Origin: Deltaproteobacteria bacterium
Lineage (GTDB): Archaea > Thermoplasmatota > Poseidoniia > Poseidoniales > Poseidoniaceae
Assembly: GCA_028344335.1 (NCBI GenBank)
Contig: JAOMAZ010000002.1
Coordinates: 380-64,379 of the forward strand
Length of the DNA stretch: 64,000 nt
Direction of reading: 5' to 3'
Below are positions 50,001-61,225 of the stretch, in pieces. How positions within the stretch are numbered: position 1 is the first letter of the stretch; every line of letters begins with the position of its first letter. The notes below the pieces were generated by a model, which saw nothing but the letters and a program-made list of their open reading frames with translations, was not told the origin of the DNA and searched no databases. Position numbers and translations under genes: made by a program.

Positions 50001-51964
50001 AAGTTGCTGACTTTTCTGTATCAGTAAGAAATATGGGGAATAATCCTGCCACTTACAAAGTTGAATGTCAATCTGAAAACAGATGGCAAATCGAACTAGG
50101 AAGTGGTACATCATCTTCCCAAATATTTGAACCATTGGGATTGCTTGAAGGCTTACCCATGAGAGTTAAAGTTAGAGTTCCAAATGCAGTTGCTGGAAGC
50201 CCAGTTGCTGGAAGTAGCGATGTCGTCAATTGTTGGATAACCAGTCTTGATGACGAATCATTGAATTATTCTTTGCAGGTTGATATTAGTGTTGATGCTC
50301 TAGATACCTTTTCGGTACAATTAATCAATCCTTCAGGTGAGAATGTAGGGCCTGCCGCGATGGCTCCTACGATATCGGTGTCGGCTTCAGAGCAATATAA
50401 TCACACTTTAATGATAGAAAATACAGGAAATATGGATTTAGAATTGAGTATTTCTCTTGATGCAGAAGACAATACTTGGCCACTACAATTAATTCATGAA
50501 GAGGAAGAAGCAAGTACCCAATTGGACATTAATGTCGCTGCAGGAACTGAAACAAGTGTTGAAATTCAGGCTGTTGTTCCAAAGACTGCTAATGAAGGTA
50601 AGTCAAATTCGATAGATATAACCACTTGGTTGAAAGGTGGTAACTCCAACCTTGGTGCTAAAAATTCGACCACATTACTTGTGAGAAAAGATGTAGGAAT
50701 TGATTTTTCTTGTAATTCAAATTATAATAGCACAACTGGAGGGCTTGGAATGCAGGTGACTGTAGGAGATAGTTCTACCCTGAATTGTTTTATCAATAAT
50801 ACTGGAAATGCCCAACTTGACTTGATTTGGTCAGTTGCAGAGGGTCCTGATGAGAATTGGGTGATGGGATTTGCCGCACCTCCTGCTTCGCTTTCACCTT
50901 ATCAACAAGCAACTGTAATGTTCCTAGCAAAACGCAGTGAAGGCTCTCAAGTTGGCGAAAATTTCCTCCTTCAACTCAGGGTCATCGCTAATCATTCCAA
51001 TCAATCAGTTTCGGAAGTTGTAGTGGTTTCAATGAGCGAAACAAATTCGGCATATTTAGATCTAGAATTCTTGGGTGAAGAAGAGTTTAATTTACTGGAG
51101 AGCAAAGTTGGAACAGTTAACGAATTAGAATTCAAGATAACTAATATTGGAAATACCCCTGGCACTTGGACTCCATTAGTATCACTTCGGAATTCAGAAG
51201 GGGAAGATGAAGAAGGATGGGAATTATCTTGTGATTTAGAATCAGGAATAAACCTAGAAGCAAAGGGTTCTACTGAATTTATATGCACTATCACCCCACA
51301 AAAAGATGCAGGAAAGGGAATTTGCACCCTCTTTGTATTTGTTCAATCAAGCCAAAATCAATATCATATCGGTTCAGTTGATCCCATTGAATTTGATGTA
51401 AGTGCTGCAAGAATAGTTGAATCAAGTGGATTATTTGCGGGCCTTACTACCCAAACAACAGGAATTATCGTTGGAGTAATCCTTCTTTTAGTGTCTATAG
51501 TAGGAGTACGATTAAGAAAGGTCAATCGAGAAATGGATGAGGGAGAGATGCTGGTCGCACCAGGTTCACATTCATCACAGACTGATTTTGCTCAGCGTCG
51601 AGAAGATGCTACAGATATTGGTCATAAAACCAATGAAATTGCCTCAGGTTCTGTTAGTTCAGAAGAAGTCGCAGCTGCATTAGCCCAATCAGTATCTATA
51701 CTCCCTCCTCCAGGGCCTGCGCCTTCGGCAAGCAAACGATTACCACCATTACTTGGTTCTGCTTCGATACTCCCTCAAGGGCTCCCTCCTTTGCTGAAGT
51801 CTCCCCCTCCACAACCTGCTCAAGTGCCAATTGCAAAACCTGCGACTGCACCAGCAGCTGAATCTTTCACAGGGCCTCCTGTTCCAGCCGGTGGACTACC
51901 TGCTGGATGGACGATGCAACAATGGCAGCATTATGGAGAAGAGTGGTTGAAAAAGCAACCCTGA
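47045..51964 (+). CDS. Membrane-anchored S8 subtilisin-like protease (KP-43-like core, CARDB and Ig-like repeats, TM, Pro-rich tail)
   Basis: VSDTGID (Asp), GHGTHVVGTI (His), NGSSHAT (Ser), SNSWG, GRIKPDLVAPG, LVNDLDL, IAELNDGN..NN, TM GIIVGVILLLVSIVGV-RLRK. Confidence 0.9.
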   Translation: MAGSQRFTIFILVLLLLSPFSFVVGESPSEDEEKVNPTLWTEISPSGMIPVDLRESTGVLHLSTGAFDPLLQEDPTLTILPTGFSSQVVLIQLHTTDAMVLAELADIYSLSILDHMPDEAWIVRVPSQDRIPALENESSVRWISPLNIAWRMSEGLQQVWVEPPSLLDISLILAPDLSEVGIEQLETRLKDLQAREVWCGWTQCEIWGMEWNNGQITNLIADDSILHISLLEKSAPLNSYAAQTVELDEVLGTLNMNLDGSGEVIGVSDTGIDSSHPDLNQKILSIKTQYGLDSSSLDKNTGHGTHVVGTIIGDGISDSEAKGLASGSSMHFQALEHDNTGFFGRQGSLYDMLRDFYTAGARTGSNSWGAPGAQGEYTSDSRSVDHFANDYDDFTVLFAAGESNVGVAAPSTAKNVLSIGAATSERPNSLSAGEVWNQSANGFSADGRIKPDLVAPGIEICSTMSEQALSPLGVDCGSGIHSNGDSLYRSSNGSSHATAVAAASVLLTREFLREEANVNAPSADLVRATLINGARDLGVQNIPNAQEGWGQIDLSNSFSPKDGSTALASFYDTNISLSPGFGFIYGFDFNAAHGISITLVWTDVAGSASALQSESRLVNDLDLILTAPDGTIWFGNDFSNGLSATTGIVDSTNVVERIELAPGAAPQSGTWSIQVANRAGSEQSFALVVVADGDHDPASDLTVFDESIRPSSTEPLVNELISISVAWTNQAPLVTGSYKVTLVDTTTGTTLSEMVRSGTAGGQIESASITHAFSTTGAHILRLTIDVDDQIAELNDGNSGYDNNVKQITINVSALGVRLIPLLDDGSEPTTPEQNSAAVMKSFEANTDSQIEINMILRHEGTGSESVTLTSGSVRMLNPQREGVFQTPPDSWTKSINVSSPLSMAPAGDIGDEQYFTLTLLDEDADPNGDIPRYAYAGTYVIDLEARYQLQPLVKHKLRITFVVNEVDDVDVVIAGTSGLSAKPGEVADFSVSVRNMGNNPATYKVECQSENRWQIELGSGTSSSQIFEPLGLLEGLPMRVKVRVPNAVAGSPVAGSSDVVNCWITSLDDESLNYSLQVDISVDALDTFSVQLINPSGENVGPAAMAPTISVSASEQYNHTLMIENTGNMDLELSISLDAEDNTWPLQLIHEEEEASTQLDINVAAGTETSVEIQAVVPKTANEGKSNSIDITTWLKGGNSNLGAKNSTTLLVRKDVGIDFSCNSNYNSTTGGLGMQVTVGDSSTLNCFINNTGNAQLDLIWSVAEGPDENWVMGFAAPPASLSPYQQATVMFLAKRSEGSQVGENFLLQLRVIANHSNQSVSEVVVVSMSETNSAYLDLEFLGEEEFNLLESKVGTVNELEFKITNIGNTPGTWTPLVSLRNSEGEDEEGWELSCDLESGINLEAKGSTEFICTITPQKDAGKGICTLFVFVQSSQNQYHIGSVDPIEFDVSAARIVESSGLFAGLTTQTTGIIVGVILLLVSIVGVRLRKVNREMDEGEMLVAPGSHSSQTDFAQRREDATDIGHKTNEIASGSVSSEEVAAALAQSVSILPPPGPAPSASKRLPPLLGSASILPQGLPPLLKSPPPQPAQVPIAKPATAPAAESFTGPPVPAGGLPAGWTMQQWQHYGEEWLKKQP

Positions 51965-52036
51965 AGGCAATTGTCCAATCAATATTAGTTACACTGAATG
52001 CGAATCGTTCATCATGGGGTCCTTTGTCGCCGCTTC

Positions 52037-52684
52037 ATGGCAAGTATTGTTTTGTTCGGACCACCTGGTGCAGGTAAGGGTACACAGGCTGCTATTATTA
52101 TGGCAGAAACAGGTTTACCTCAGGTTTCAACGGGAGATATGTTACGGGCCGCTTTGGGCCAAGGAAGCAGCCTTGGATTGGAAGCAAAGTCATTCATGGA
52201 AGCAGGAAAACTCGTGCCAGATTCAATTATTATCGGCTTGATAGAGAACAGACTTCAAGAAAATGATGCTTCAAATGGAGTATTGTTAGATGGATTTCCA
52301 CGCACAGTTGCTCAGGCTGAGGCATTGATGGAAATAGAGGAAGTAGAGGTCGTACTATCAATTGAAGTTCCAGATGAGCGAATTATCGAGCGAATTTGCG
52401 GTAGGTATTCTTGTCCTCAATGTGGTACAGTTTACCATGATTCTTTCAATCCAACATCTTCAGAAGATATCTGCGATAACTGCTCCCACCATGGAATGAA
52501 GAGAAGGGCTGATGATAATGAGGAAACTGTTACTTCAAGACTCGAAGCATATCATTCACAAACAAGACCGTTAGCAGATTGGTATTCTCAACGTGGTCTT
52601 TTTCAAGCGGTTGATGGAGATAGGAATATCGAGTCAGTTGGAGAATCATTGTTGAAGGTATTGAGTGAATTAAGAGGTGAATGA
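52037..52684 (+). CDS. adk: Adenylate kinase, bacterial-type with Zn-binding LID
   Basis: GPPGAGKGTQ, STGDMLR, LLDGFPRT, CPQC...CDNC LID, RADDNEE. Confidence 0.96.
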   Translation: MASIVLFGPPGAGKGTQAAIIMAETGLPQVSTGDMLRAALGQGSSLGLEAKSFMEAGKLVPDSIIIGLIENRLQENDASNGVLLDGFPRTVAQAEALMEIEEVEVVLSIEVPDERIIERICGRYSCPQCGTVYHDSFNPTSSEDICDNCSHHGMKRRADDNEETVTSRLEAYHSQTRPLADWYSQRGLFQAVDGDRNIESVGESLLKVLSELRGE

Positions 52685-53018
52685 TTTGTCAAATAGAAGA
52701 CATTCATCAAGGCGTTCTAATAAAATGAAGAACAATCGAAGAGTAAATGCCATTGCCTCCAGAAAATATTTATTTGAAATAATAACAAACAAAAGAACAA
52801 CTTCACTCAGTTTACAAAATATCGCAACAAAACAAATGTGGAATATTGGTAAGCGCCATCGAATTGGCCTTCATCCCTTGATTAAAAATGAAATATGTAG
52901 AAGTTGTAAAATCCATCTATTACCTCAGTCAAAAGTAAGGATTAGAAATGGAAGAAGAATCATCACCTGTTGCCAATGTGGGAGAATAAAGCGCTTTGTG
53001 TTGGAGGCAAAGGCATGA
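52677..53018 (+). CDS. rnp4: Ribonuclease P protein component 4 (Rpp21)
   Basis: ICRSCKIHLLP..KVRIR...ITCCQCGRIKRF Zn ribbon; canonical adjacency to yhbY. Confidence 0.8.
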   Translation: MNDLSNRRHSSRRSNKMKNNRRVNAIASRKYLFEIITNKRTTSLSLQNIATKQMWNIGKRHRIGLHPLIKNEICRSCKIHLLPQSKVRIRNGRRIITCCQCGRIKRFVLEAKA

Positions 53019-53281
53019 GTGGAATACCAAATTGGGTTGCCAAGATGGCAACATCTCGAGATTTTTCAATTTCTGTTAGAATCGGCCGTTCAGGTGTTGC
53101 GGATAATCTAATTAAGGAATTGGACGACCAATTAAAATCTAAACAAATTGTCAAAGTAAAATTAAACCGAGGATCGACCGAAAAAAGCGGTAAACAAGAA
53201 ATTTGGGATTATATTTGTAGTGAACTAAATGCTACTCTTGTACTCGCGAGAGGGAATGTAGCGGTGTTTTATCGGACCTGA
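53015..53281 (+). CDS. YhbY/CRM-domain RNA-binding protein
   Basis: VRIGRSGV, LKSKQIVKVK, RGNVAVFYR; ATGA overlap with rnp4. Confidence 0.88.
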   Translation: MSGIPNWVAKMATSRDFSISVRIGRSGVADNLIKELDDQLKSKQIVKVKLNRGSTEKSGKQEIWDYICSELNATLVLARGNVAVFYRT

Positions 53282-53347
53282 ATAAATGTTTAGATTTTCT
53301 ACCTCTCTGATGATAATGTCTTCAAGGAGACTTCTTGTCGAGGCGCC

Positions 53348-55003
53348 ATGCTAACCCGAGAGTTGTCCGTTAAACGACTCGGCAGTCAGGCCAGACACCG
53401 ACTAATGCTTTTCATTTTGACATTGGCAACATTGGCTATTACTTGGACAATGCGGGCTAGTGCTAGTGGGGGTTCTGGTGGTTTTAATGTAGTCATCAGA
53501 GAAGGATTGGAGGACCAAGCAGTTCTTGTTGGAGCGCTAATCCTTCTCTCCGTATACATGCTAATTATTTTTGAGCTGATGCACCGTACTTTAGCCGCTG
53601 CTGTTGGCGGCTTAGTGGCAGTAGGTGCATTGGTTTATTACATGGAAGGAAGTTTAACACTTGGCCAAACTGCAAATATGATTGATTGGGATACCATCGG
53701 CCTTTTATTAGGAATGATGGTCATGGTTGGAGTGCTTTCACATACTGGGGTTTTCGAATGGTTTGCGGTTCGTGCCTACAAAAAGAGTGGCGGTTCGGTT
53801 TGGAGCTTAGTGGTCATCCTTTGTATTGTAACTGCAGTATTATCAGCATTTTTGGACAATGTTACTACTATGCTTTTGCTAACTCCAGTAACCATTCAAT
53901 TGGCAAAGGTTCTAGACTTGCCCCCTGTACCTCTTTTGATAGCAGAAGTTATGTTTTCAAATATCGGTGGTGCTGCAACAATGATTGGAGACCCACCCAA
54001 TATCATCATTGGAAATGGCATGTCAGAAACAGCCCTTAGTGGTGGAGAATATGACGCTTTAGCCTCACAAGCGATTTCTTTCAACGATTTCATAATCAAT
54101 CTTGCACCTGGGGTTTTAATGACGGTAATTCCAACATTTATGTTTCTAAAATGGATGCACCGCGATGTATTCTCCACTCACCGATATAGAGATGTTGAGG
54201 AGTTAGAAGAGAAGTATGGAATCAAAGATGCTAGCTTGTTAAAGCGTGCTGGTTTTGTATTATTCCTCGTTATCTTGGGATTTTTCTTACATCCTTTGTT
54301 GCATGTTCCGGTGGCTTGGGTGGCTTTGATTGGGGCAGTCCTTACCCTCTTGGTTACTACACCACATGAATTAGAAGAAGCGCTAGAAAAGGTTGAATGG
54401 AGTACACTTCTTTTCTTCGCAGGTCTATTCGTTCTCGTCCATTCCCTTGATTTGATGGGCGTCATAAAATGGATAGGTGAACAAGTAGTTTTCACGATCT
54501 CTCAATTTGAAGATCCAGGGACTCAGTTAACTGTAGCTATTCTCTTGCTTCTATGGGTTAGTGCTATCGCTTCGGCCTTCATTGATAATATTCCATATAC
54601 AGCTACCATGGTACCAGTTGTCCTTGTGATGGCACAACCAATCGCTAATGGTGGAGAATTAGGATTAGAACTTCAACCCCTCATTTGGGCCTTAGCATTC
54701 GGAGCCTGCTTAGGAGGGAATGGAACTCTTATTGGCGCATCAGCCAATGTTGTCACAGCAGGCATGGCTGAAGAAGAGGGTTACAAGATTTCTTTCAATG
54801 AATTTTTCAAGACTGGTTTCCCAGTAATGATACTCACTACTGCTATAGTAACATTGTATTGCATGTTGGTGTATGTCTGGGGAATAGCAATTTGGAAAGT
54901 ACTCATCGCTACAATTATTGTGATGGGGCTAGACATTTGGTGGGAGTTAAAACCAGGCAATGACAGATGGTTCCCCGATGAATTGGTTAGGGAATCGGAG
55001 TGA
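53348..55003 (+). CDS. ArsB/NhaD (P-protein-like) ion transporter
   Basis: IDWDTIGLLLGMM, SAFLDNVTT, NIGGAATMIGDPPN, SAFIDNIP, LGGNGTLIGASAN; many TMs. Confidence 0.92.
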   Translation: MLTRELSVKRLGSQARHRLMLFILTLATLAITWTMRASASGGSGGFNVVIREGLEDQAVLVGALILLSVYMLIIFELMHRTLAAAVGGLVAVGALVYYMEGSLTLGQTANMIDWDTIGLLLGMMVMVGVLSHTGVFEWFAVRAYKKSGGSVWSLVVILCIVTAVLSAFLDNVTTMLLLTPVTIQLAKVLDLPPVPLLIAEVMFSNIGGAATMIGDPPNIIIGNGMSETALSGGEYDALASQAISFNDFIINLAPGVLMTVIPTFMFLKWMHRDVFSTHRYRDVEELEEKYGIKDASLLKRAGFVLFLVILGFFLHPLLHVPVAWVALIGAVLTLLVTTPHELEEALEKVEWSTLLFFAGLFVLVHSLDLMGVIKWIGEQVVFTISQFEDPGTQLTVAILLLLWVSAIASAFIDNIPYTATMVPVVLVMAQPIANGGELGLELQPLIWALAFGACLGGNGTLIGASANVVTAGMAEEEGYKISFNEFFKTGFPVMILTTAIVTLYCMLVYVWGIAIWKVLIATIIVMGLDIWWELKPGNDRWFPDELVRESE

Positions 55004-55090
55004 GCCTTTAGGCACAATGAAGCAAACGCATTTGTTGACAAAATAGCGATAGCATCAATACAGGCTGTCCGTTGGTTAAGCACGTTAGGT

Positions 55091-56722
55091 ATGCATGAAT
55101 GTTCAGTTTGTGGTTTGCTATTCTTAGGAGGGGCCGCTTGTCCAAGTTGTGGAAGCCTTGGTAATCAAGAACTCGATATTAAAGGAAACGGCAAAGAAGT
55201 CATCGAACAACGTGGTGGAATCCCTGGGATGAGCGAACTTAACACAGCAATGATTAACGTCGTAGGCGATGAGGGCTTAACGGAAGAAATTGAAGCAGAA
55301 GAGCCAACTGGTACATCTTTACCTTTCACAATTGGTGGGGGCGCAAGCGAAGAGGTTTCGAGTTTACCTTTTGGAGTTGGAAGTAGAACTGCCGGTTTAC
55401 CATCTACAGAATCAAATCCTGAAAAAGAAGAAACTCCAACCATTGAAAGCGCAATATCCGCCACCCAAGATGTTGAATTATTGCAACAGCAATCTGATAA
55501 TTCTCAAACTGAAACCGGGGAATCTGAGCAATGGACTGATGTTGGAGGTGAACTTTGGGCAGTAGGCAAAAGCCAAGATGATATTGAACAAAATCAGGAC
55601 CAAATGACTGAAAAACTTCATCAAGAACTACCCCACTCTCATGCAGAACCACCTGCTCGAAATCAGACCGCAAATATTTCAGAAGAACCCGCTGAAATCA
55701 AATTCGAAGCAACCTCCACAGGACCTTCAATTAATGAAATTAAAGTAGTTCACAGAGAACCTGTGCCCTTGCCTGGAACTGCTGTTGATGAATTGGAAAC
55801 TGTACCACTTCCGTCTCCTGGATTACCAGAGAAAAGTACCGAAAATACCCCAAAACCAATGAAACTGCAAGCCATTGCGATCCAAGTTGATGAAACCTCA
55901 GAACAAATTAGCGAAGCCAATGAGACCACCCTAGATTTAGCACCCACAACCTCTTCAATTACTCATTCAGATTCAGATGAAGGACATTTTCAGATTCATG
56001 CAGCTGAGGTCGATATGGAGCAATTATATGCTGAGCCAGAACAAGTTGTCTTCCATGATTTTGAGAGTGAGGAATTAACTTCAGAGGTACAAGTAAATCT
56101 TGATGATATGGCAGAAGAGGAACCAGTAGGTGATGTCATTTTCGCACCAGAACACGTATCTTCAGAACCTGAGTTATTTCCTGCTCAAGCTTTAGAAATT
56201 GACACAAAGGGAGATTCAGAGATGAATATGCTTCTCGAAAGTGGATTTAGTGCTTTAGGGGCAGGCAATTGGGAACAAGCCGCTAGGAGTTTTCGTTCGA
56301 TGGCAGCGAAGGACCCAGATAGTTCCTCGATTCTAAATAATTACGGGCTGGCATTACTACAACATGCCATGGGCCTAGATGAAGAAATAGGTGTTGATGA
56401 ATCTGTTGTAGATAGCCAATATGAAGCAGCAATTATGGCTTTGCGCCAATCGGCAAAAAGTAATCCTGAAGAAGCCTTGATATTGTACAACTTAGGTGTT
56501 GCATTGGTCTCCAGCGGGCGACACGAAAAGGCAGTTTCAATCTTAGATGTGGTCCTCAATAGGCCACATAGTCCGAAAGTTGCAATCCTCAATGCACGCT
56601 CCGCAGCCCATATAGGATTAGGGGATTTTGATGCCGCGAAAAACGATTTATCATCGGCACTTTCTATTGAACCAGATAATCAAATTCTGAAGGCAAACCT
56701 CTCCCGCATTTCTCCCACTTAA
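55091..56722 (+). CDS. Zinc ribbon + long acidic disordered linker + TPR protein
   Basis: CSVC...CPSC N-terminus, ~330-aa E/S/T/P-rich linker, C-terminal TPRs (LNNYGLAL, LYNLGVAL). Confidence 0.8.
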   Translation: MHECSVCGLLFLGGAACPSCGSLGNQELDIKGNGKEVIEQRGGIPGMSELNTAMINVVGDEGLTEEIEAEEPTGTSLPFTIGGGASEEVSSLPFGVGSRTAGLPSTESNPEKEETPTIESAISATQDVELLQQQSDNSQTETGESEQWTDVGGELWAVGKSQDDIEQNQDQMTEKLHQELPHSHAEPPARNQTANISEEPAEIKFEATSTGPSINEIKVVHREPVPLPGTAVDELETVPLPSPGLPEKSTENTPKPMKLQAIAIQVDETSEQISEANETTLDLAPTTSSITHSDSDEGHFQIHAAEVDMEQLYAEPEQVVFHDFESEELTSEVQVNLDDMAEEEPVGDVIFAPEHVSSEPELFPAQALEIDTKGDSEMNMLLESGFSALGAGNWEQAARSFRSMAAKDPDSSSILNNYGLALLQHAMGLDEEIGVDESVVDSQYEAAIMALRQSAKSNPEEALILYNLGVALVSSGRHEKAVSILDVVLNRPHSPKVAILNARSAAHIGLGDFDAAKNDLSSALSIEPDNQILKANLSRISPT

Positions 56723-57001
56723 TTTCACAATCATGTTCAGATAATCATTCGTAATAGTACTATGAATTTCATTCCTATTTGGCCATCATTAACTTTCCTG
56801 AGAATTGAAAAAACTCCATTTTTATTCTCTCTGTAGAATTGAATAAAAAAAATCCCATGAGAAACGCATTATTTTTATCATCAAAGTGTGCTACGGCGTC
56901 CTATTTTACCATTCCAATATATTCGGCGACCCTATTCCTCTCTCTTAGGGAAGGTTAAAACGCCAAAATCAATCCCTATATTGTCTAGCAGTACAACGTT
57001 C

Positions 57002-57007
57002 TTGATG
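57002..57007 (+). promoter_or_regulatory. Putative TATA-like box (TTGATG) of the 23S rRNA transcription unit
   Basis: Lies about 30 nt before the start of the GC-rich structured leader (~57035) and matches the motif found before many CDS in this window. Confidence 0.4.
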
Positions 57008-57146
57008 AATGACCCAATCCGATGCTTTGATATAGGGAGGGTCAGTCGGGCGGCTGTTCTGAGTGCACTCGGTCATGCAAAGCCATGACTGGGGAAGCGG
57101 CTGAGGAGGTCTGTCCCACGGGGAGGCGGGCTTCTGAGGAGGCCGA

Positions 57147-57180
57147 CAAGAGGTAAGCCTGGATACCGAAGGGTGCTCGT
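57147..57180 (+). other. 5' strand of the pre-23S processing stem with bulge-helix-bulge
   Basis: CAAGAGGTAAG-CC-TGGA-tac-CGAAGGGTGCTCGT is complementary to 60106-60140. Confidence 0.85.
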
Positions 57181-57200
57181 GGTACGGAAAGAAGTACCAC

Positions 57201-60082
<2,882 letters not shown>

Positions 60083-60105
60083 TTTTTTTTCACTTCGTTC
60101 CGGAA

Positions 60106-60140
60106 ACGAGCATCCTTCGTCTAACAGGACTTACCTCTTG
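60106..60140 (+). other. 3' strand of the pre-23S processing stem with bulge-helix-bulge
   Basis: ACGAGCATCCTTCG-TCTA-aca-GG-a-CTTACCTCTTG pairs with 57147-57180. Confidence 0.85.
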
Positions 60141-60192
60141 ATTTACTCAAACATGCGACACGCGTCGCGTATCCGATTCGAGAGAAGATGGG

Positions 60193-60309
60193 TGCACGGT
60201 CATAGCGGAGGTGTTTACCCGGTCCCATTCCGAACCCGGAAGTCAAGACCTCCTGCGTCTGTCCTTTTACTGTGGTGCGAGAGCCCACGGGAACGGCAGT
60301 CACTGTGCC
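60193..60309 (+). rRNA. rrf: 5S ribosomal RNA
   Basis: GGTCATAGCGG, CCCGGTCCCATTCCGAACCCGGAAGTCAAG, GCGAGAGC loop; terminal stem GCACGGT/ACTGTGC. Confidence 0.95.
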
Positions 60310-60345
60310 CCTCTTCTTTCACTGGATTATCCCCGTATTTTTTCC
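60310..60345 (+). terminator. Pyrimidine/T-rich putative archaeal terminator after 5S
   Basis: CTCTTCTTTC and ATTTTTTC immediately downstream of 5S. Confidence 0.35.
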
Positions 60346-60459
60346 CAGTTCCAGTGCAACAAGTTACTGGGAATAACTAAATTATTGATATAATATCCCT
60401 TGGGATTTGTTCCCATATCATCAAGAAGGGTATGCTTCCGCAGAAGCCTGAGGGTCGCT

Positions 60460-61122
60460 ATGGGCATAGTCACAGGGGATGTATTTGGCTCTGACCAAAT
60501 TGGCGTATTCTTAGCTGTAGTTGGGAATACTGTTTTTCACCCTCTCGAATTGGAGCAAGATGTTGTTGAAACAATAGAATCAACTCTTGAACTTGAAACA
60601 AAGGGAATTTTAATCGGAGGTTCAAGATTAATTGGTAGCCTTCTTGCAGGTAATTCAAAAGGTATAGCAGTGGCGGATTTAGCCACTGAAAGAGATATTG
60701 ACGAGTTGACATCCTATGGCGACGTTGTAGTTATGGAAAGCGGAATTAATACTGCAGGTAATCTTCTAGTCTGTACTGATCATGGTGTTATTGCCAGTAC
60801 TGATTTGCCAGATGAGGGATTGGCAATTCTTGGTGAAGTCATGCAAGTCGATATCGGCTGTACTACTGTTGCAGGGCAATCAATTGTTGGGAGCCTTGCT
60901 GCTGCAAATAGCAAAGGAATTCTTCTTCACCCTGACGTTCGAAGCGAAGAAATTGAAATAATTCAACAAGTAATGGATGTTCCACCCATGGTTGGAACTG
61001 TTGCTAGAGGTTCTCCATTCATAGGTTCTGGAATGGCATGTTCAGATTCAGGTGTATTCACCGCTAAGGAAACAACTGGTCCGGAATTGAATAGAATTGA
61101 AGATGCACTTGGTTTAATTTAA
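60460..61122 (+). CDS. eif6: Translation initiation factor 6 (aIF6)
   Basis: IGVFL, IGGSRLIGSLLAGNSKG, GTVARGSPFIGSG, ETTGPELNRIEDALG. Confidence 0.95.
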   Translation: MGIVTGDVFGSDQIGVFLAVVGNTVFHPLELEQDVVETIESTLELETKGILIGGSRLIGSLLAGNSKGIAVADLATERDIDELTSYGDVVVMESGINTAGNLLVCTDHGVIASTDLPDEGLAILGEVMQVDIGCTTVAGQSIVGSLAAANSKGILLHPDVRSEEIEIIQQVMDVPPMVGTVARGSPFIGSGMACSDSGVFTAKETTGPELNRIEDALGLI

Positions 61123-61225
61123 GGTACAGACTATCCAAAGAGTGTTTAGAGCCATTCCAAATTCAAGGAATAAGGAATGAGTTTGACGCCAATGTTGAAA
61201 GACGGCTCGCGTAAGCAATTACCCA

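Noticed and set aside
57103..57137. GAGGAGGTCTGTCCCAC...AGGCGGGCTT resembles the two P4 strands of RNase P RNA
   Set aside because: The segments are adjacent and form a simple local hairpin with no intervening RNase P domains.
60320..60373. Overlapping inverted repeats after 5S (CACTGGA/TCCAGTG; TTCCCAGT/ACTGGGAA)
   Set aside because: Short stems with long loops; they cannot be distinguished from chance or simple terminator context.
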